The notes: generated from the letters alone by a model not told the origin. Numbered from the stretch's first letter, positions 1 to 8,996 are shown. The stretch: DNA of 40,000 nt from Vibrio porteresiae DSM 19223 (GCF_024347055.1 NZ_AP024895.1:3405607-3445606); one strand, 5' to 3'. A program made the numbers and translations.

Positions 1-930
1 TTCCATCAGGTTTTCTGCCATCACCACCTCTTCGGCAATGATGTTCATGTCTACAGCGACAAAGGTCTCAGTGTCGACTGGTTTTAGGTAATCCATGAAT
101 TGACTAATAATCTCGTTACACTCTTCGGTGTCTGAAATGATGCCTTCGGCGAGATAAGAGTCCTCTGGTGACATCATTTCCGTAGCTAAGCGGATGCGAG
201 TCAGCGGTGTACGTAAATCATGACTGATCCCTGCCATCAACAAAGCGCGATCCTCCTCCAACGCTTGGATACCTTTGGCCATTTGGTTAAAAGCGCGAGT
301 TACTGAGCGTATTTCCAAAGCTCCTTTCTCGGGTAATGGCTCAGGATATTCACCTTTACCAACGGCTTTAGCGGCTTTTTCCAAGGCGATCAAAGGTCGG
401 TTTTGCAAACGAATAAATAGCCAACCGCCTAACACGATGAGAAACGCCATGATCAAACTGTTGCGAAATAGCGGAGCAAAATCATCCTCTTGCAACTCAG
501 AAAGAGGAATACGAATCAACTGTCCTGGTAGGTTTTCAATCTTAATCCACAGCACATAACTTTCTTTGCCAAGCGCCATTCGTACATCGGTTGGAGAGCC
601 AAGGTCTTCGCTCATCTCTTCGCTCATCAAATCGATGCTCACACCATGGCGATACTCTTTTGCCTCTGGGCTATTTTCACTATGAACCGTCACCCCTAAT
701 TGCTCCAAAACGCGCTGACGCTGCGGAGCATCTAAAGCAAGATGGTTATTCTTCACCGACACATCGAGCATGAGGTTGATTTCATGCCCAAGGATTTTAT
801 TAAACTGCTGCAAGCTGGGCATCAAAGCGTAATTGAAGACGGCATAGTAGGAATAGACTTGGCTGGCGATCAGTAACGTTAAAAACAATAAAATGGATTG
901 AGTAAAAGAACTACGGACACGCAAACGCAT
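1..930 (-). CDS. envZ: Osmosensor histidine kinase EnvZ, partial (3' end lies beyond the window start)
   Basis: My minus-strand translation from the ATG at 930-928 gives [24 protein letters not shown]..., with a second hydrophobic segment. It also contains the H-box '[21 protein letters not shown]' (around 190-250). The gene lies directly downstream of ompR. It is absent from the ORF track because its stop is outside the window. Confidence 0.85.
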   Translation of the reverse strand, partial: MRLRVRSSFTQSILLFLTLLIASQVYSYYAVFNYALMPSLQQFNKILGHEINLMLDVSVKNNHLALDAPQRQRVLEQLGVTVHSENSPEAKEYRHGVSIDLMSEEMSEDLGSPTDVRMALGKESYVLWIKIENLPGQLIRIPLSELQEDDFAPLFRNSLIMAFLIVLGGWLFIRLQNRPLIALEKAAKAVGKGEYPEPLPEKGALEIRSVTRAFNQMAKGIQALEEDRALLMAGISHDLRTPLTRIRLATEMMSPEDSYLAEGIISDTEECNEIISQFMDYLKPVDTETFVAVDMNIIAEEVVMAENLME

Positions 931-967
931 AAGACACCTTTGTAGGTCGTATCTTAAAAAGAGAGTG

Positions 968-996
968 GAGAAGAAAAAGGTGCCCTAAGGCACCTT
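968..996 (-). terminator. Stem-loop plus T-run in the ompR-envZ spacer (possible intra-operon attenuator)
   Basis: The minus strand reads AAGGTGCC-TTAG-GGCACCTT followed by TTTTTCTTC. It sits in the 74-nt gap between the ompR stop (1005) and the envZ ATG (930). Confidence 0.4.
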
Positions 997-1004
997 CATT
1001 ATCA

Positions 1005-1724
1005 TTAGCTTAGCTTACCATCTGGGACAAAGACATAACCGAGTCCCCAAACCGTCTGAATATATCGCGGTTTACTTGGGTCAACTTCCAGCATTCTGCG
1101 TAGACGTGAAATTTGCACATCGATAGAACGTTCCATCGCTGAGTACTCACGACCACGGGCCATATTCATTAACTTATCACGGGATAACGGTTCACGGGCA
1201 TTGAGCACTAGTGCCTTTAATACAGCAAATTCACCCGAGGTCAGTGGCATGGCTTCATTACCACGGAACATTTCTCGTGTACCTAGGTTTAAGCGAAACT
1301 CGCCGAACTCAACCACAGACTCTTCAGCACTCGGTGCTCCCGGCGCTTCAACCACTTGGCGACGCAGTACCGCTTTAATACGCGCGAGCAATTCGCGAGG
1401 GTTAAATGGTTTAGGTAGGTAATCGTCCGCGCCGACTTCTAACCCCACAATGCGATCAATCTCGTCGCCTTTTGCCGTCAACATCAGAATTGGCAATGTG
1501 TTATTGGCGTTGCGTAGACGACGACAAATAGACAAACCGTCTTCGCCCGGTAGCATTAAGTCCAACACCATGAGATGAAAGGTTTCACGGGTCAACAGAC
1601 GATCCATCTGCTCACCATTTGCCACGCTACGTACCTGAAAACCTTGCTCAGAGAGATAACGTTCCAACAAAGCTCTTAGGCGTGCATCATCATCAACAAC
1701 CAGAATTTTATGATTTTCTTGCAT
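1005..1724 (-). CDS. ompR: Response regulator OmpR
   Basis: 'MQENHKILVVDDDARLRALLERYL' closely matches the E. coli OmpR N-terminus. A receiver domain and a winged-helix C-terminus ('YIQTVWGLGYVFVP') are present. I moved the start to the internal ATG at 1724, which has GAGGG 5 nt upstream; the track ORF starts 4 codons earlier. Confidence 0.95.
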   Translation of the reverse strand: MQENHKILVVDDDARLRALLERYLSEQGFQVRSVANGEQMDRLLTRETFHLMVLDLMLPGEDGLSICRRLRNANNTLPILMLTAKGDEIDRIVGLEVGADDYLPKPFNPRELLARIKAVLRRQVVEAPGAPSAEESVVEFGEFRLNLGTREMFRGNEAMPLTSGEFAVLKALVLNAREPLSRDKLMNMARGREYSAMERSIDVQISRLRRMLEVDPSKPRYIQTVWGLGYVFVPDGKLS

Positions 1725-1867
1725 GAAAGCCCTCACCGACTATCGACTTTACCCTGTTATACTTGGCTCACAAATGTAACACTGTGATCGAGACTTCGTA
1801 TAAAACAATTGTTAATGATTGTTTCCTTTGCAACAAACTTCACTTTTACAAGCCAAGCTTGGCAACC

Positions 1868-2209
1868 TTATCCTGCTTTTTGATACTCAATTTTGTTGAT
1901 GAACCATACTTTCTTGCCTGAAGGGGTTTCGACTTCGACTTCATCATCCACTTCGCGTTTTAGCAACGCACGCGCCATCGGCGAGTCGATAGAGATATAG
2001 TTTTTTACTTCACCATAGATCTCTTCTGGTCCAACAATCCGAAAACGCTTGGTTTCCCCTTCTTCGTTTTCAATTTCGACCCACGCGCCAAAAAAGACTT
2101 TGCCATCTTGCTGTGGTGAATAATCGACCACTTGAACTTCAGGGAGAAATTTACGTAAGAAGCGTACACGGCGATCAATTTGACGTAGTAAGCGCTTATT
2201 GTATTGATA
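1868..2209 (-). pseudogene. greB: 3' fragment of the disrupted resident greB (codon 50 to stop)
   Basis: The minus-strand frame reads YQYNKRLLRQIDRRVRFLRKFLPEVQVVDYSPQQDGKVFFGAWVEIENEEG...IEYQKAG*. This is collinear with E. coli GreB from 'ENAD|YQYNKK'. No start codon or N-terminal coiled-coil is attached. The reading frame breaks at 2209/2210. Confidence 0.9.
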
Positions 2210-2392
2210 TTAGTTCTACTCTTAAGACCGTACTAATAGGTGCAATACTACTTTTAAATATCTGATATAGACAGTTCTGATTTCAAAGTTCAGTCATTTG
2301 AATTAGTGAGAACCATCAACTATATACTAATAAGTATATTAAGGAATCCTTAATTTTTATGAAGGTAATGTCACTTAGTTATAGGAGTTAGT

Positions 2393-2542
2393 ATGTCAAA
2401 ATCAAAATTCTATCCTAGCTATCAAGAAGCATGTGAAGCTGCAAGAAAGTTGAAGATTAAGACGGCGAAGGAGTACAAAAATCTTTCAGGCAAGACTGAT
2501 CGCGACACCAACGATTCAACGTCACCGAAATCAAGTGAGTAA
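2393..2542 (+). CDS. 49-aa ORF carrying a partial copy of the repeat motif found in the 1325-aa recombinase
   Basis: The ORF is below the track threshold, so I translated it myself: MSKSKFYPSYQEACEAARKLKIKTAKEYKNLSGKTDRDTNDSTSPKSSE. AGGAG lies about 8 nt upstream. The stop is 2 nt before the next ATG (2545). 'FYPSYQEACEAARKL.I.TAKEY' parallels 'FYSTYAEASEAAIGLGIQSAPEY'. Confidence 0.4.
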   Translation: MSKSKFYPSYQEACEAARKLKIKTAKEYKNLSGKTDRDTNDSTSPKSSE

Positions 2543-2544
2543 GA

Positions 2545-3840
2545 ATGGCTTATACACTTAAAAGAAGAGTTTCTTATAAGGCTAGTGCGGCGTCTTTATC
2601 ACATAACCTTCCTGCCATCTTCACTAAGAGTGGCTTGCTGATTTCTCATTTGAGGTACTTATATTCTAACCGAGGTAAATCACCATCTTGGATGGAGAGA
2701 AATACCTTTGCGGTAGAGCTTCTTTTAAAGTTTATAGAGCGCCAAGTATCAAACTTCTCATCAGCTACAGAGTTGCTCAGAGCGTTTGTTGAAGCATTAC
2801 AGTTTGGAACAATTCAAGATGGGCAAGACAGCTCTGGGTTGTTCTGGTCGACTCGCAGAAATGAAGACGTAAATGTTCTTCTTCACCATATTACGGATTA
2901 TTGCGACTACCTCGATACAGTTTATGGAACTGACTTGCCCAAGCTAAATCCCTTAAGGAAAGCAACTCATGCAGAAGAGCGTTTGCAATGGTGTGCTTAC
3001 TACAGGAGGCACAGTCGTAGCTTTCTGAATCATTTAGCTAATCCATCCCGACAGCAATTCTCAGTTGTTAGAATGATTCGAGGGCCTGAGAGGCACCTAG
3101 TCGATATCGAAGCAGTATATCGCTTTCCAGAAAACCGAATTGAAGACTTACTGCTACATGGTTTTGTTTTTCCGTCAGGAGAACCGGATTATGCTAGCCA
3201 GTTGATTGTAATGTTGATGCATTTCGGTGGGTTGAGATTGTCGGAGTGTTTTCATATATATGTCCATGATGTGCATCTAGACCAGAAATCAGGCTCAGCT
3301 CTCATATCGGTTTTTCATCCTAGTGATGGACAGTCGCCAGATGAACGTTTCTGTAAACGAAATGAATACTTGGCTACCAAATACCGACTAAATCCAAGGA
3401 ATGAGTATTCGAGAAGCCATAGACTATATGCTGGCTGGAAAGGACCTTTGCTTACAAATCGCAACCTATCCTTTGATGTGATGTTTTATCCAGCTAGTAA
3501 AGCTGTTGAATTTACTCTGGTACTACAAAAGTACCTTGCGACTAAACCCTCTTCAGAATCTCCGTTCCTTTTTGTTAACTCAAAAGGAAATCCAGAGAGT
3601 AAAAAAAATTTCTATCAGAAGCATAATAGAGCCGTTCGTCGAATTGGACTAGAACCATCCAAGTCATTAGGGACAACCCCACACGCTCATCGCCATTCCT
3701 ACGGCTATAGATTAAGCCAAGGAGGTTTTTCTCAGCTAGAGATTCAAAAAGCGATGCACCATAAAAGCCCTGAGAGTTGCTTGGTTTATTTGAAACCTTC
3801 TGACGATGAGGTTCGTCGTCAAATGAGAGACACTCACTAA
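2545..3840 (+). CDS. Tyrosine recombinase/integrase (431 aa), first of the trio (TnpA-like)
   Basis: Tyrosine recombinase catalytic signatures are present: 'GGLRLSEC' (box I Arg), 'HAHRHSYGYRL' (H-x-x-R) and 'CLVYLKPS' (nucleophile Tyr). The stop overlaps the next start (TAATG at 3838-3842). Confidence 0.85.
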   Translation: MAYTLKRRVSYKASAASLSHNLPAIFTKSGLLISHLRYLYSNRGKSPSWMERNTFAVELLLKFIERQVSNFSSATELLRAFVEALQFGTIQDGQDSSGLFWSTRRNEDVNVLLHHITDYCDYLDTVYGTDLPKLNPLRKATHAEERLQWCAYYRRHSRSFLNHLANPSRQQFSVVRMIRGPERHLVDIEAVYRFPENRIEDLLLHGFVFPSGEPDYASQLIVMLMHFGGLRLSECFHIYVHDVHLDQKSGSALISVFHPSDGQSPDERFCKRNEYLATKYRLNPRNEYSRSHRLYAGWKGPLLTNRNLSFDVMFYPASKAVEFTLVLQKYLATKPSSESPFLFVNSKGNPESKKNFYQKHNRAVRRIGLEPSKSLGTTPHAHRHSYGYRLSQGGFSQLEIQKAMHHKSPESCLVYLKPSDDEVRRQMRDTH

Positions 3841-6800
3841 TGAAAAAGTTTTACGCAACTATAAACCAAGCAAGTAAAGCGGCGATAAGATTGGGCATTC
3901 AATCGGCACAAGAATATAAGCAGCGTTACAAAGAAGATGAGCATCTTCCCGCGAATCCAAATACGCTTTATGCCGCTGACTGGGTTGATTGGTTTAGTTT
4001 TCTGGATAAAGCGAAGCGGTCTTTATATTCGACATACGCAGAGGCCAGCGAAGCCGCGATAGGATTGGGCATTCAATCGGCGCCAGAATATCAGCAGTAT
4101 TACAAAAAAGATGAGCGTCTTCCCGCGAATCCAAATACGCTTTATGCCGCTAACTGGGTTGATTGGTTTAGTTTTCTGGATAAAGCGAAGCGGTCTTTCT
4201 ATTCGACATACGCAGAGGCCAGCGAAGCCGCGATAGGATTGGGCATTCAATCAGCGCCAGAATATCAGCAGTATTACAAAAAAGATGAGCGTCTTCCCGC
4301 GAGTCCAAATATGCTTTATGCCGCTGACTGGGTTGATTGGTTTAGTTTTCTGGATAAAGCGAAGCGGTCTTTATATTCGACATACGCAGAGGCCAGCGAA
4401 GCTGCGATAGGATTGGGCATTCAATCGTTCCTAGAATATAAGCAGCGTTACAAAGAAGATGAGCGTCTTCCCGCGAGTCCAAATACGCTTTATGCCGCTG
4501 ACTGGGTTGATTGGTTTAGTTTTCTGGATAAAGCGAAGCGGTCTTTATATTCGACATACGCAGAGGCCAGCGAAGCTGCGATAGGATTGGGCATTCAATC
4601 GTTACTAGAATATAAGCAGCGTTACAAAGAAGATGAGCGTCTTCCCGCGAGTCCAAATCAGGTTTATGCTGCTGACTGGGTTGATTGGTTTAGTTTTCTG
4701 GATAAAGATAAGCGGTCTTTCTATTCGACATACGCAGAGGCCAGCGAAGCAGCAATAGGGCTGGGTATTCAATCGTCGCCAGAATATAAGCAGCGTTACA
4801 AAGAAGATGAATGTCTTCCCGCAAATCCAAATCAAATTTATGCCGCTGACTGGGTTGATTGGTTTAGTTTTCTGGATAAAGCGCAGCGGTCTCTCTATTC
4901 GACATACGCAGAGGCAAGCGAAGCAGCGATAGGATTGGGCATTCAATCGTCCCATGAATATAAGCAGCGTTACAAAGAAGATGAACGTCTTCCCGCAAAT
5001 CCAAGTCAGGTTTATGCCGCTGACTGGGTTGATTGGATTCACTTCTTATTGCCCAGAGATATATCTAATCTAAAACAGTTCAAAACAGCATGTGCGATTC
5101 TAAGAATCAAAGACTCATCTCAATACAGAGTTACACAAAAGAACTATCCTCAATTACCCTCCAAGCCTGAAAAAAGAATACCTGACTGGAGCAATTGGTA
5201 TGACGCTCTCGATATACCAAGGCTTTATGGATATGACGAACTAGCAGCTTTGGTTCAAAGCAAAGGAGTTTGCAGCCTTGCAGAGTATGCGAAACTTCGA
5301 GCTGAATCCAATGATCCTAGAATGCCAGCAAAACCAGAAGAGAATTATCAAGGAAAGGGTTGGACTAACACCTTTGACTTCTGGGGAGTTAAACGACCGT
5401 ATCAAGTGAAATACTTTACTGATGAATGGTCTTTGTGGGCGGCGACGATAAAAGAGTTTCTCAAGTCTGCACGTGGCGGAGATACCAAAGCGAAAGACTT
5501 ATGTGAATTTGTTCGTGAATACATTGAGCCAAATGGTTTTGAAACATCCCCGTTGGAGTTTCTCACACGTGGCTCGACAAACATTCAACCAATGCTGAAT
5601 CTGTTTGAACAAGTTCCAGTGACACGAAGAAAAAAATGGGCGTTTTCAATCAATGAGTTCTTAGATTGGATTATCTCTAGTTATCTTATTTTGGAAGACA
5701 CAGAGACCGGAGAAATTACTCACATCAAGGACGCCAAAAACCCATTTAGTCACATTAATTTTAATGGAGAAACTGCGCCTCAAGTTGTCAATGAAACAGA
5801 TAAGATGGCTCTGCCTTATCAATATGTAAAAGCAGGGCGAGAGTGGATATTTCCATTAGACTCCGTAGAGAAAAAGCTAAATTATTGGGATTTAGCTCAT
5901 TTGCATCCTTTTTCATCAGACTGGGTGCAGATCAACGATAGCTCTCTCCTAGATAAAAACGACCCTGATTGCGTTTTCAAAGTTGAAAATGGGAAAACCT
6001 ATCTTTGGTTTCCAACATACTGGACCTATACGTACTCACTCATGCAACTCCCTGCAAGAGGGATGCAAATCGTCTATTGCGACTCTGGGGAGGCAGATCA
6101 AGAACTCGCCGACTTTAAGAACAATAAAGTCGTTTGGAAGAAAAATAGGACTATGTTAGCTGGCCTAACCAATCGTCAGAGCATGGTGAGTAAGTCAGGG
6201 CAAGGAGAGTTCGGTGTCCATTATACATCCAACAAAACTAAGTTTGATGGTTCAGGCTACACTATTCCCTTCATGCCCATAGAACTGGCATATTGGTTGG
6301 TAAAGCTTAGAAAGTGGCAACAGAAATATAATCCACTAAAGGAGCCAACGAAATGGCTTGATTGTGAGCGCACCAATCTAAACGAAGTTCAGCGTAAGCA
6401 AAAAGGGGCGAATTGCTTTTTATTCCGCGACTATCTAGAAAAAGAGCCAGGCACATTTAGTGGCAGACTAGCGACACGGCTTGCTGCTGCACTATATTTT
6501 TCTGCCAAGAATGATATTACAACGGCTACCTACAAAGGATTAAAATACAATCAATCGATGAAAGAATTGGAAAATAGTCAAACGATACCACTTTCACGCT
6601 TTAAATCCCCTTACACTCCACACTCAATGCGCGTCAGTTTGATCAATGCTTACGCGTATGAGTTCGGCATTCCTTTGGAAGTCATAATGAAATTGGTCGG
6701 CCATTCCAGCATCATAATGACCATCTACTATACCAAGAGCGATAAAACAGGCAGCAACTTACGAGAGAAAATGGAGTTGGGTGAAAAGGAGGCGATGAGC

Positions 6801-7817
6801 AAAGCAACGCAAACGCTCAAATCCTTTGTGGAACAGCAGAGAATTGAAGAAGTTAAATCACAGTTAGTAGGTTCATCTTTGGATCTACTAAGTTCACTCG
6901 ACAATGCTCGCCCGGCCTCTAGCTATTTATGGAAAGACTTTGGTATCTGCCCTGTAGGAGGTGCTTTTTGTTCAGAGGGGGGCATTCCTGTAGCTACCAA
7001 AGCCAACATATATCACTCTGTACCAGCAGGTTATTTGGGTGAGCAGAACTGTTTTCAGTGTCGATTTTTTATTACCGGCCCTGCTTTTTTGGTTGGACTT
7101 ACTGCCATATTCAATGAGATAAGCCTAGCCGTAAACACGCAATCTATACGTTACACTTCTCTTGAGCAGGAGATTGATAATATTGCAGAAAAGATAGATG
7201 TCATTGATCACCAACTTTACAAAATAAAAGCGGATAGCTCAGAGAAGTCTGCTCTGGAGTCTGATAGACGTAAGTTAGTTGGACAACGTATGCACTTGAA
7301 CTCGGCAATTGAAACACGAGCGAAGAAGCTAGATTTGTACCTTTCAGACATGAACGCAATTCACCGACATATACATAATTGTCAAACTCTTATGCGTAAC
7401 CCTAAAGAAAACACGGAGAATCACTATCAGCTTATTGTTCCGCATGAATTCACATTAGGTGTAGAGTTGGATGAAGTAAGCAATTTTCATCAACTATCAG
7501 AAGTGTGTTCGAATGCAGAGCTGTACCACAGCTGTAGCGACGACTTAGCGGTAACAAGACGCTCCCAAATGATCGACAAAATGATGGTCGAAAACGGTAT
7601 TCAGCCGCAACTTTTTTTACTGTCAGAAGCAGAGCAACTCTTAGTGGGGAACCAGTTAACAGAGTTGATGCTGGCAAGGTTGAAAGGCTGGGAGAACGTC
7701 GACCGTCTTATGGATGGGAGTTTGACTTTAAAGGACCTATCGATAGATAACAATTTTGATGAAAAGACTATTCGAGAATTGTTTGAGAAGTCGAAACCAC
7801 TAAAAAGGATCGGTTAG
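3840..7817 (+). CDS. Giant tyrosine recombinase (1325 aa) with N-terminal 58-aa repeat array, a Cys-rich segment and a coiled-coil C-terminus (TnpB-like)
   Basis: 'YTPHSMRVSLINAY' (H-x-x-R) and 'VGHSSIIMTIYYTKSD' (His and Tyr) indicate a tyrosine recombinase core at about aa 910-965. A Cys cluster follows: 'FGICPVGGAFCSEGG...EQNCFQCRFF'. There are seven near-identical N-terminal repeats and two degenerate ones. Confidence 0.85.
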   Translation: MKKFYATINQASKAAIRLGIQSAQEYKQRYKEDEHLPANPNTLYAADWVDWFSFLDKAKRSLYSTYAEASEAAIGLGIQSAPEYQQYYKKDERLPANPNTLYAANWVDWFSFLDKAKRSFYSTYAEASEAAIGLGIQSAPEYQQYYKKDERLPASPNMLYAADWVDWFSFLDKAKRSLYSTYAEASEAAIGLGIQSFLEYKQRYKEDERLPASPNTLYAADWVDWFSFLDKAKRSLYSTYAEASEAAIGLGIQSLLEYKQRYKEDERLPASPNQVYAADWVDWFSFLDKDKRSFYSTYAEASEAAIGLGIQSSPEYKQRYKEDECLPANPNQIYAADWVDWFSFLDKAQRSLYSTYAEASEAAIGLGIQSSHEYKQRYKEDERLPANPSQVYAADWVDWIHFLLPRDISNLKQFKTACAILRIKDSSQYRVTQKNYPQLPSKPEKRIPDWSNWYDALDIPRLYGYDELAALVQSKGVCSLAEYAKLRAESNDPRMPAKPEENYQGKGWTNTFDFWGVKRPYQVKYFTDEWSLWAATIKEFLKSARGGDTKAKDLCEFVREYIEPNGFETSPLEFLTRGSTNIQPMLNLFEQVPVTRRKKWAFSINEFLDWIISSYLILEDTETGEITHIKDAKNPFSHINFNGETAPQVVNETDKMALPYQYVKAGREWIFPLDSVEKKLNYWDLAHLHPFSSDWVQINDSSLLDKNDPDCVFKVENGKTYLWFPTYWTYTYSLMQLPARGMQIVYCDSGEADQELADFKNNKVVWKKNRTMLAGLTNRQSMVSKSGQGEFGVHYTSNKTKFDGSGYTIPFMPIELAYWLVKLRKWQQKYNPLKEPTKWLDCERTNLNEVQRKQKGANCFLFRDYLEKEPGTFSGRLATRLAAALYFSAKNDITTATYKGLKYNQSMKELENSQTIPLSRFKSPYTPHSMRVSLINAYAYEFGIPLEVIMKLVGHSSIIMTIYYTKSDKTGSNLREKMELGEKEAMSKATQTLKSFVEQQRIEEVKSQLVGSSLDLLSSLDNARPASSYLWKDFGICPVGGAFCSEGGIPVATKANIYHSVPAGYLGEQNCFQCRFFITGPAFLVGLTAIFNEISLAVNTQSIRYTSLEQEIDNIAEKIDVIDHQLYKIKADSSEKSALESDRRKLVGQRMHLNSAIETRAKKLDLYLSDMNAIHRHIHNCQTLMRNPKENTENHYQLIVPHEFTLGVELDEVSNFHQLSEVCSNAELYHSCSDDLAVTRRSQMIDKMMVENGIQPQLFLLSEAEQLLVGNQLTELMLARLKGWENVDRLMDGSLTLKDLSIDNNFDEKTIRELFEKSKPLKRIG
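3849..5040 (+). repeat. Seven tandem 174-bp (58-aa) in-frame coding repeats
   Basis: The period was measured from recurring 'ctttatattcgacatacgcagaggccagcgaagc' at 4021, 4195, 4369 and onward. The unit is (F/L)YSTYAEASEAAIGLGIQS.(P/L)EY(K/Q)Q(R/Y)YK(E/K)DERLPA(N/S)PN..YAA(D/N)WVDWFSFLDKAKRS. The copies are very similar at the DNA level. Confidence 0.95.
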
Positions 7818-7818
7818 C

Positions 7819-8442
7819 ATGTCAACAATTACTCCTGATCAAGTTCTGAATCAACTAAAAAAGAAAGCCTCACCTCGAGTACAAAACTCACTAGAGGCAG
7901 TGTTCACCATATGCAAGGAACAACAAGAACGTGGATTGAATGACTTTAGCTATTCCACGATAGCCCGCCTTGGAAAAGGGCGAGGAGTTCCTGCGGCACA
8001 AAGTATCCGAAACAAAACCGGTGAATCGTACCGAACCTTAATTGAAAGCTTCAACTCTTCAACAAAAGACCAACCAAAGCCAGCACGAAACACCTCAAAA
8101 GGTAAGATGCACGCTTGGATAGATGAATTAGAAGACCCAGTAGTTAAACTTCAAGCCAACATTCTCTATGCGCAAAAAAAAGAAGCAGAACGACTACTTA
8201 ATGAAATAGTGCCAATCAACCAGGTCATTGAAGTGTTCGATAACGTCGATGTCTCTGTTGCGTCGATTAAGCTCACTGAGCTGGAAAGAAGCGCATTGGA
8301 GTACCTCATTTCTAGTGAGTTTTTACGTAGACATCAATTGGAGGTTGGAAAAAATGGCAGTATAGTTTCGAGTGATACTCAAAAGTCTTTTTTCCGTGTT
8401 GCAACCATCGATGCAATCAAAAAGGCGCTAAAAAACTTATAG
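7819..8442 (+). CDS. 207-aa recombinase-operon accessory protein (TnpC-like position)
   Basis: It starts 2 nt after the stop of the 1325-aa gene and has no catalytic motif I can see. Position and size fit the third gene of Tn554-type trios. From memory, RefSeq names similar triplets 'gamma-mobile-trio' GmtX/Y/Z; this is unverified. Confidence 0.55.
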   Translation: MSTITPDQVLNQLKKKASPRVQNSLEAVFTICKEQQERGLNDFSYSTIARLGKGRGVPAAQSIRNKTGESYRTLIESFNSSTKDQPKPARNTSKGKMHAWIDELEDPVVKLQANILYAQKKEAERLLNEIVPINQVIEVFDNVDVSVASIKLTELERSALEYLISSEFLRRHQLEVGKNGSIVSSDTQKSFFRVATIDAIKKALKNL

Positions 8443-8460
8443 ATAACTTGGACTGTAGAA

Positions 8461-8937
8461 GTGAAAACAAAACTAATCACCAGAGAAGGTTACAACAAAC
8501 TGAAAGCTGAACATGACCACTTATGGAATGAAAAACGACCTGAAATTACTAAAATTGTAACTTGGGCTGCAAGCTTAGGTGACCGCTCTGAGAATGCTGA
8601 TTACACCTTCAATAAGCGTTTACTTCGCCAGATAGATAGGCGAGTCCGGTTTCTAAGAAAGTTTTTACCTGAAGTAACCGTTGTTGATTACTCTCCTCAA
8701 CAAGAAGGTAAAGTGTTTTTCGGAGCCTGGGTCGAAATTGAAAATGAATCCGGTGATGTGATGAAATTTCGTATTGTTGGTCCAGAAGAAATCTATGGGG
8801 GCGCTAAAAATTATATATCTATTGATTCCCCAATGGCGCGAGCGCTCTTGAAGAAAGAAGTTGATGACGAGTTTACCGTTCAGACTCCTGATGGGGATAA
8901 AGAATGGTTTATCAACTCAATTACATACGAAAAATAA
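8461..8937 (+). CDS. greB: Complete island-borne transcript cleavage factor GreB (158 aa, GTG start)
   Basis: It is full-length and collinear with E. coli GreB: 'TREGYNKLKAEHDHLWNEKRPEITKIVTWAASLGDRSENADY...DYSPQQEGKVFFGAWVEIEN...ISIDSPMARALLKKEV'. It lies 18 nt downstream of the trio, on the same strand. It differs from the resident greB at many synonymous sites. Confidence 0.9.
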   Translation: MKTKLITREGYNKLKAEHDHLWNEKRPEITKIVTWAASLGDRSENADYTFNKRLLRQIDRRVRFLRKFLPEVTVVDYSPQQEGKVFFGAWVEIENESGDVMKFRIVGPEEIYGGAKNYISIDSPMARALLKKEVDDEFTVQTPDGDKEWFINSITYEK

Positions 8938-8996
8938 ACTTGATTGGTTAATCTCGAATACAATCCAAAGTGCTGAAATAGAGCTGTTTATTGCTA

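Noticed and set aside
3849-5040. Could the regular repeat array be a CRISPR array?
   Set aside because: The units are contiguous with no spacers and are 174 bp long. They are in frame within a long ORF with conserved protein sequence. No cas genes are present.
4023-5042. Minus-strand ORFs (4023..4250 and 4605..5042) with their own internal repeats
   Set aside because: They are antisense shadows of the 174-bp coding repeats in the 1325-aa recombinase. Their periodicity simply mirrors the plus-strand array, and they have no start context.
8461-8937. Island greB as an attL/attR hybrid or as the restored target gene
   Set aside because: It is intact and lies about 6 kb from the nearest junction. 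It is on the opposite strand to the host fragments and is diverged at synonymous sites, so it is a separate xenologous copy.
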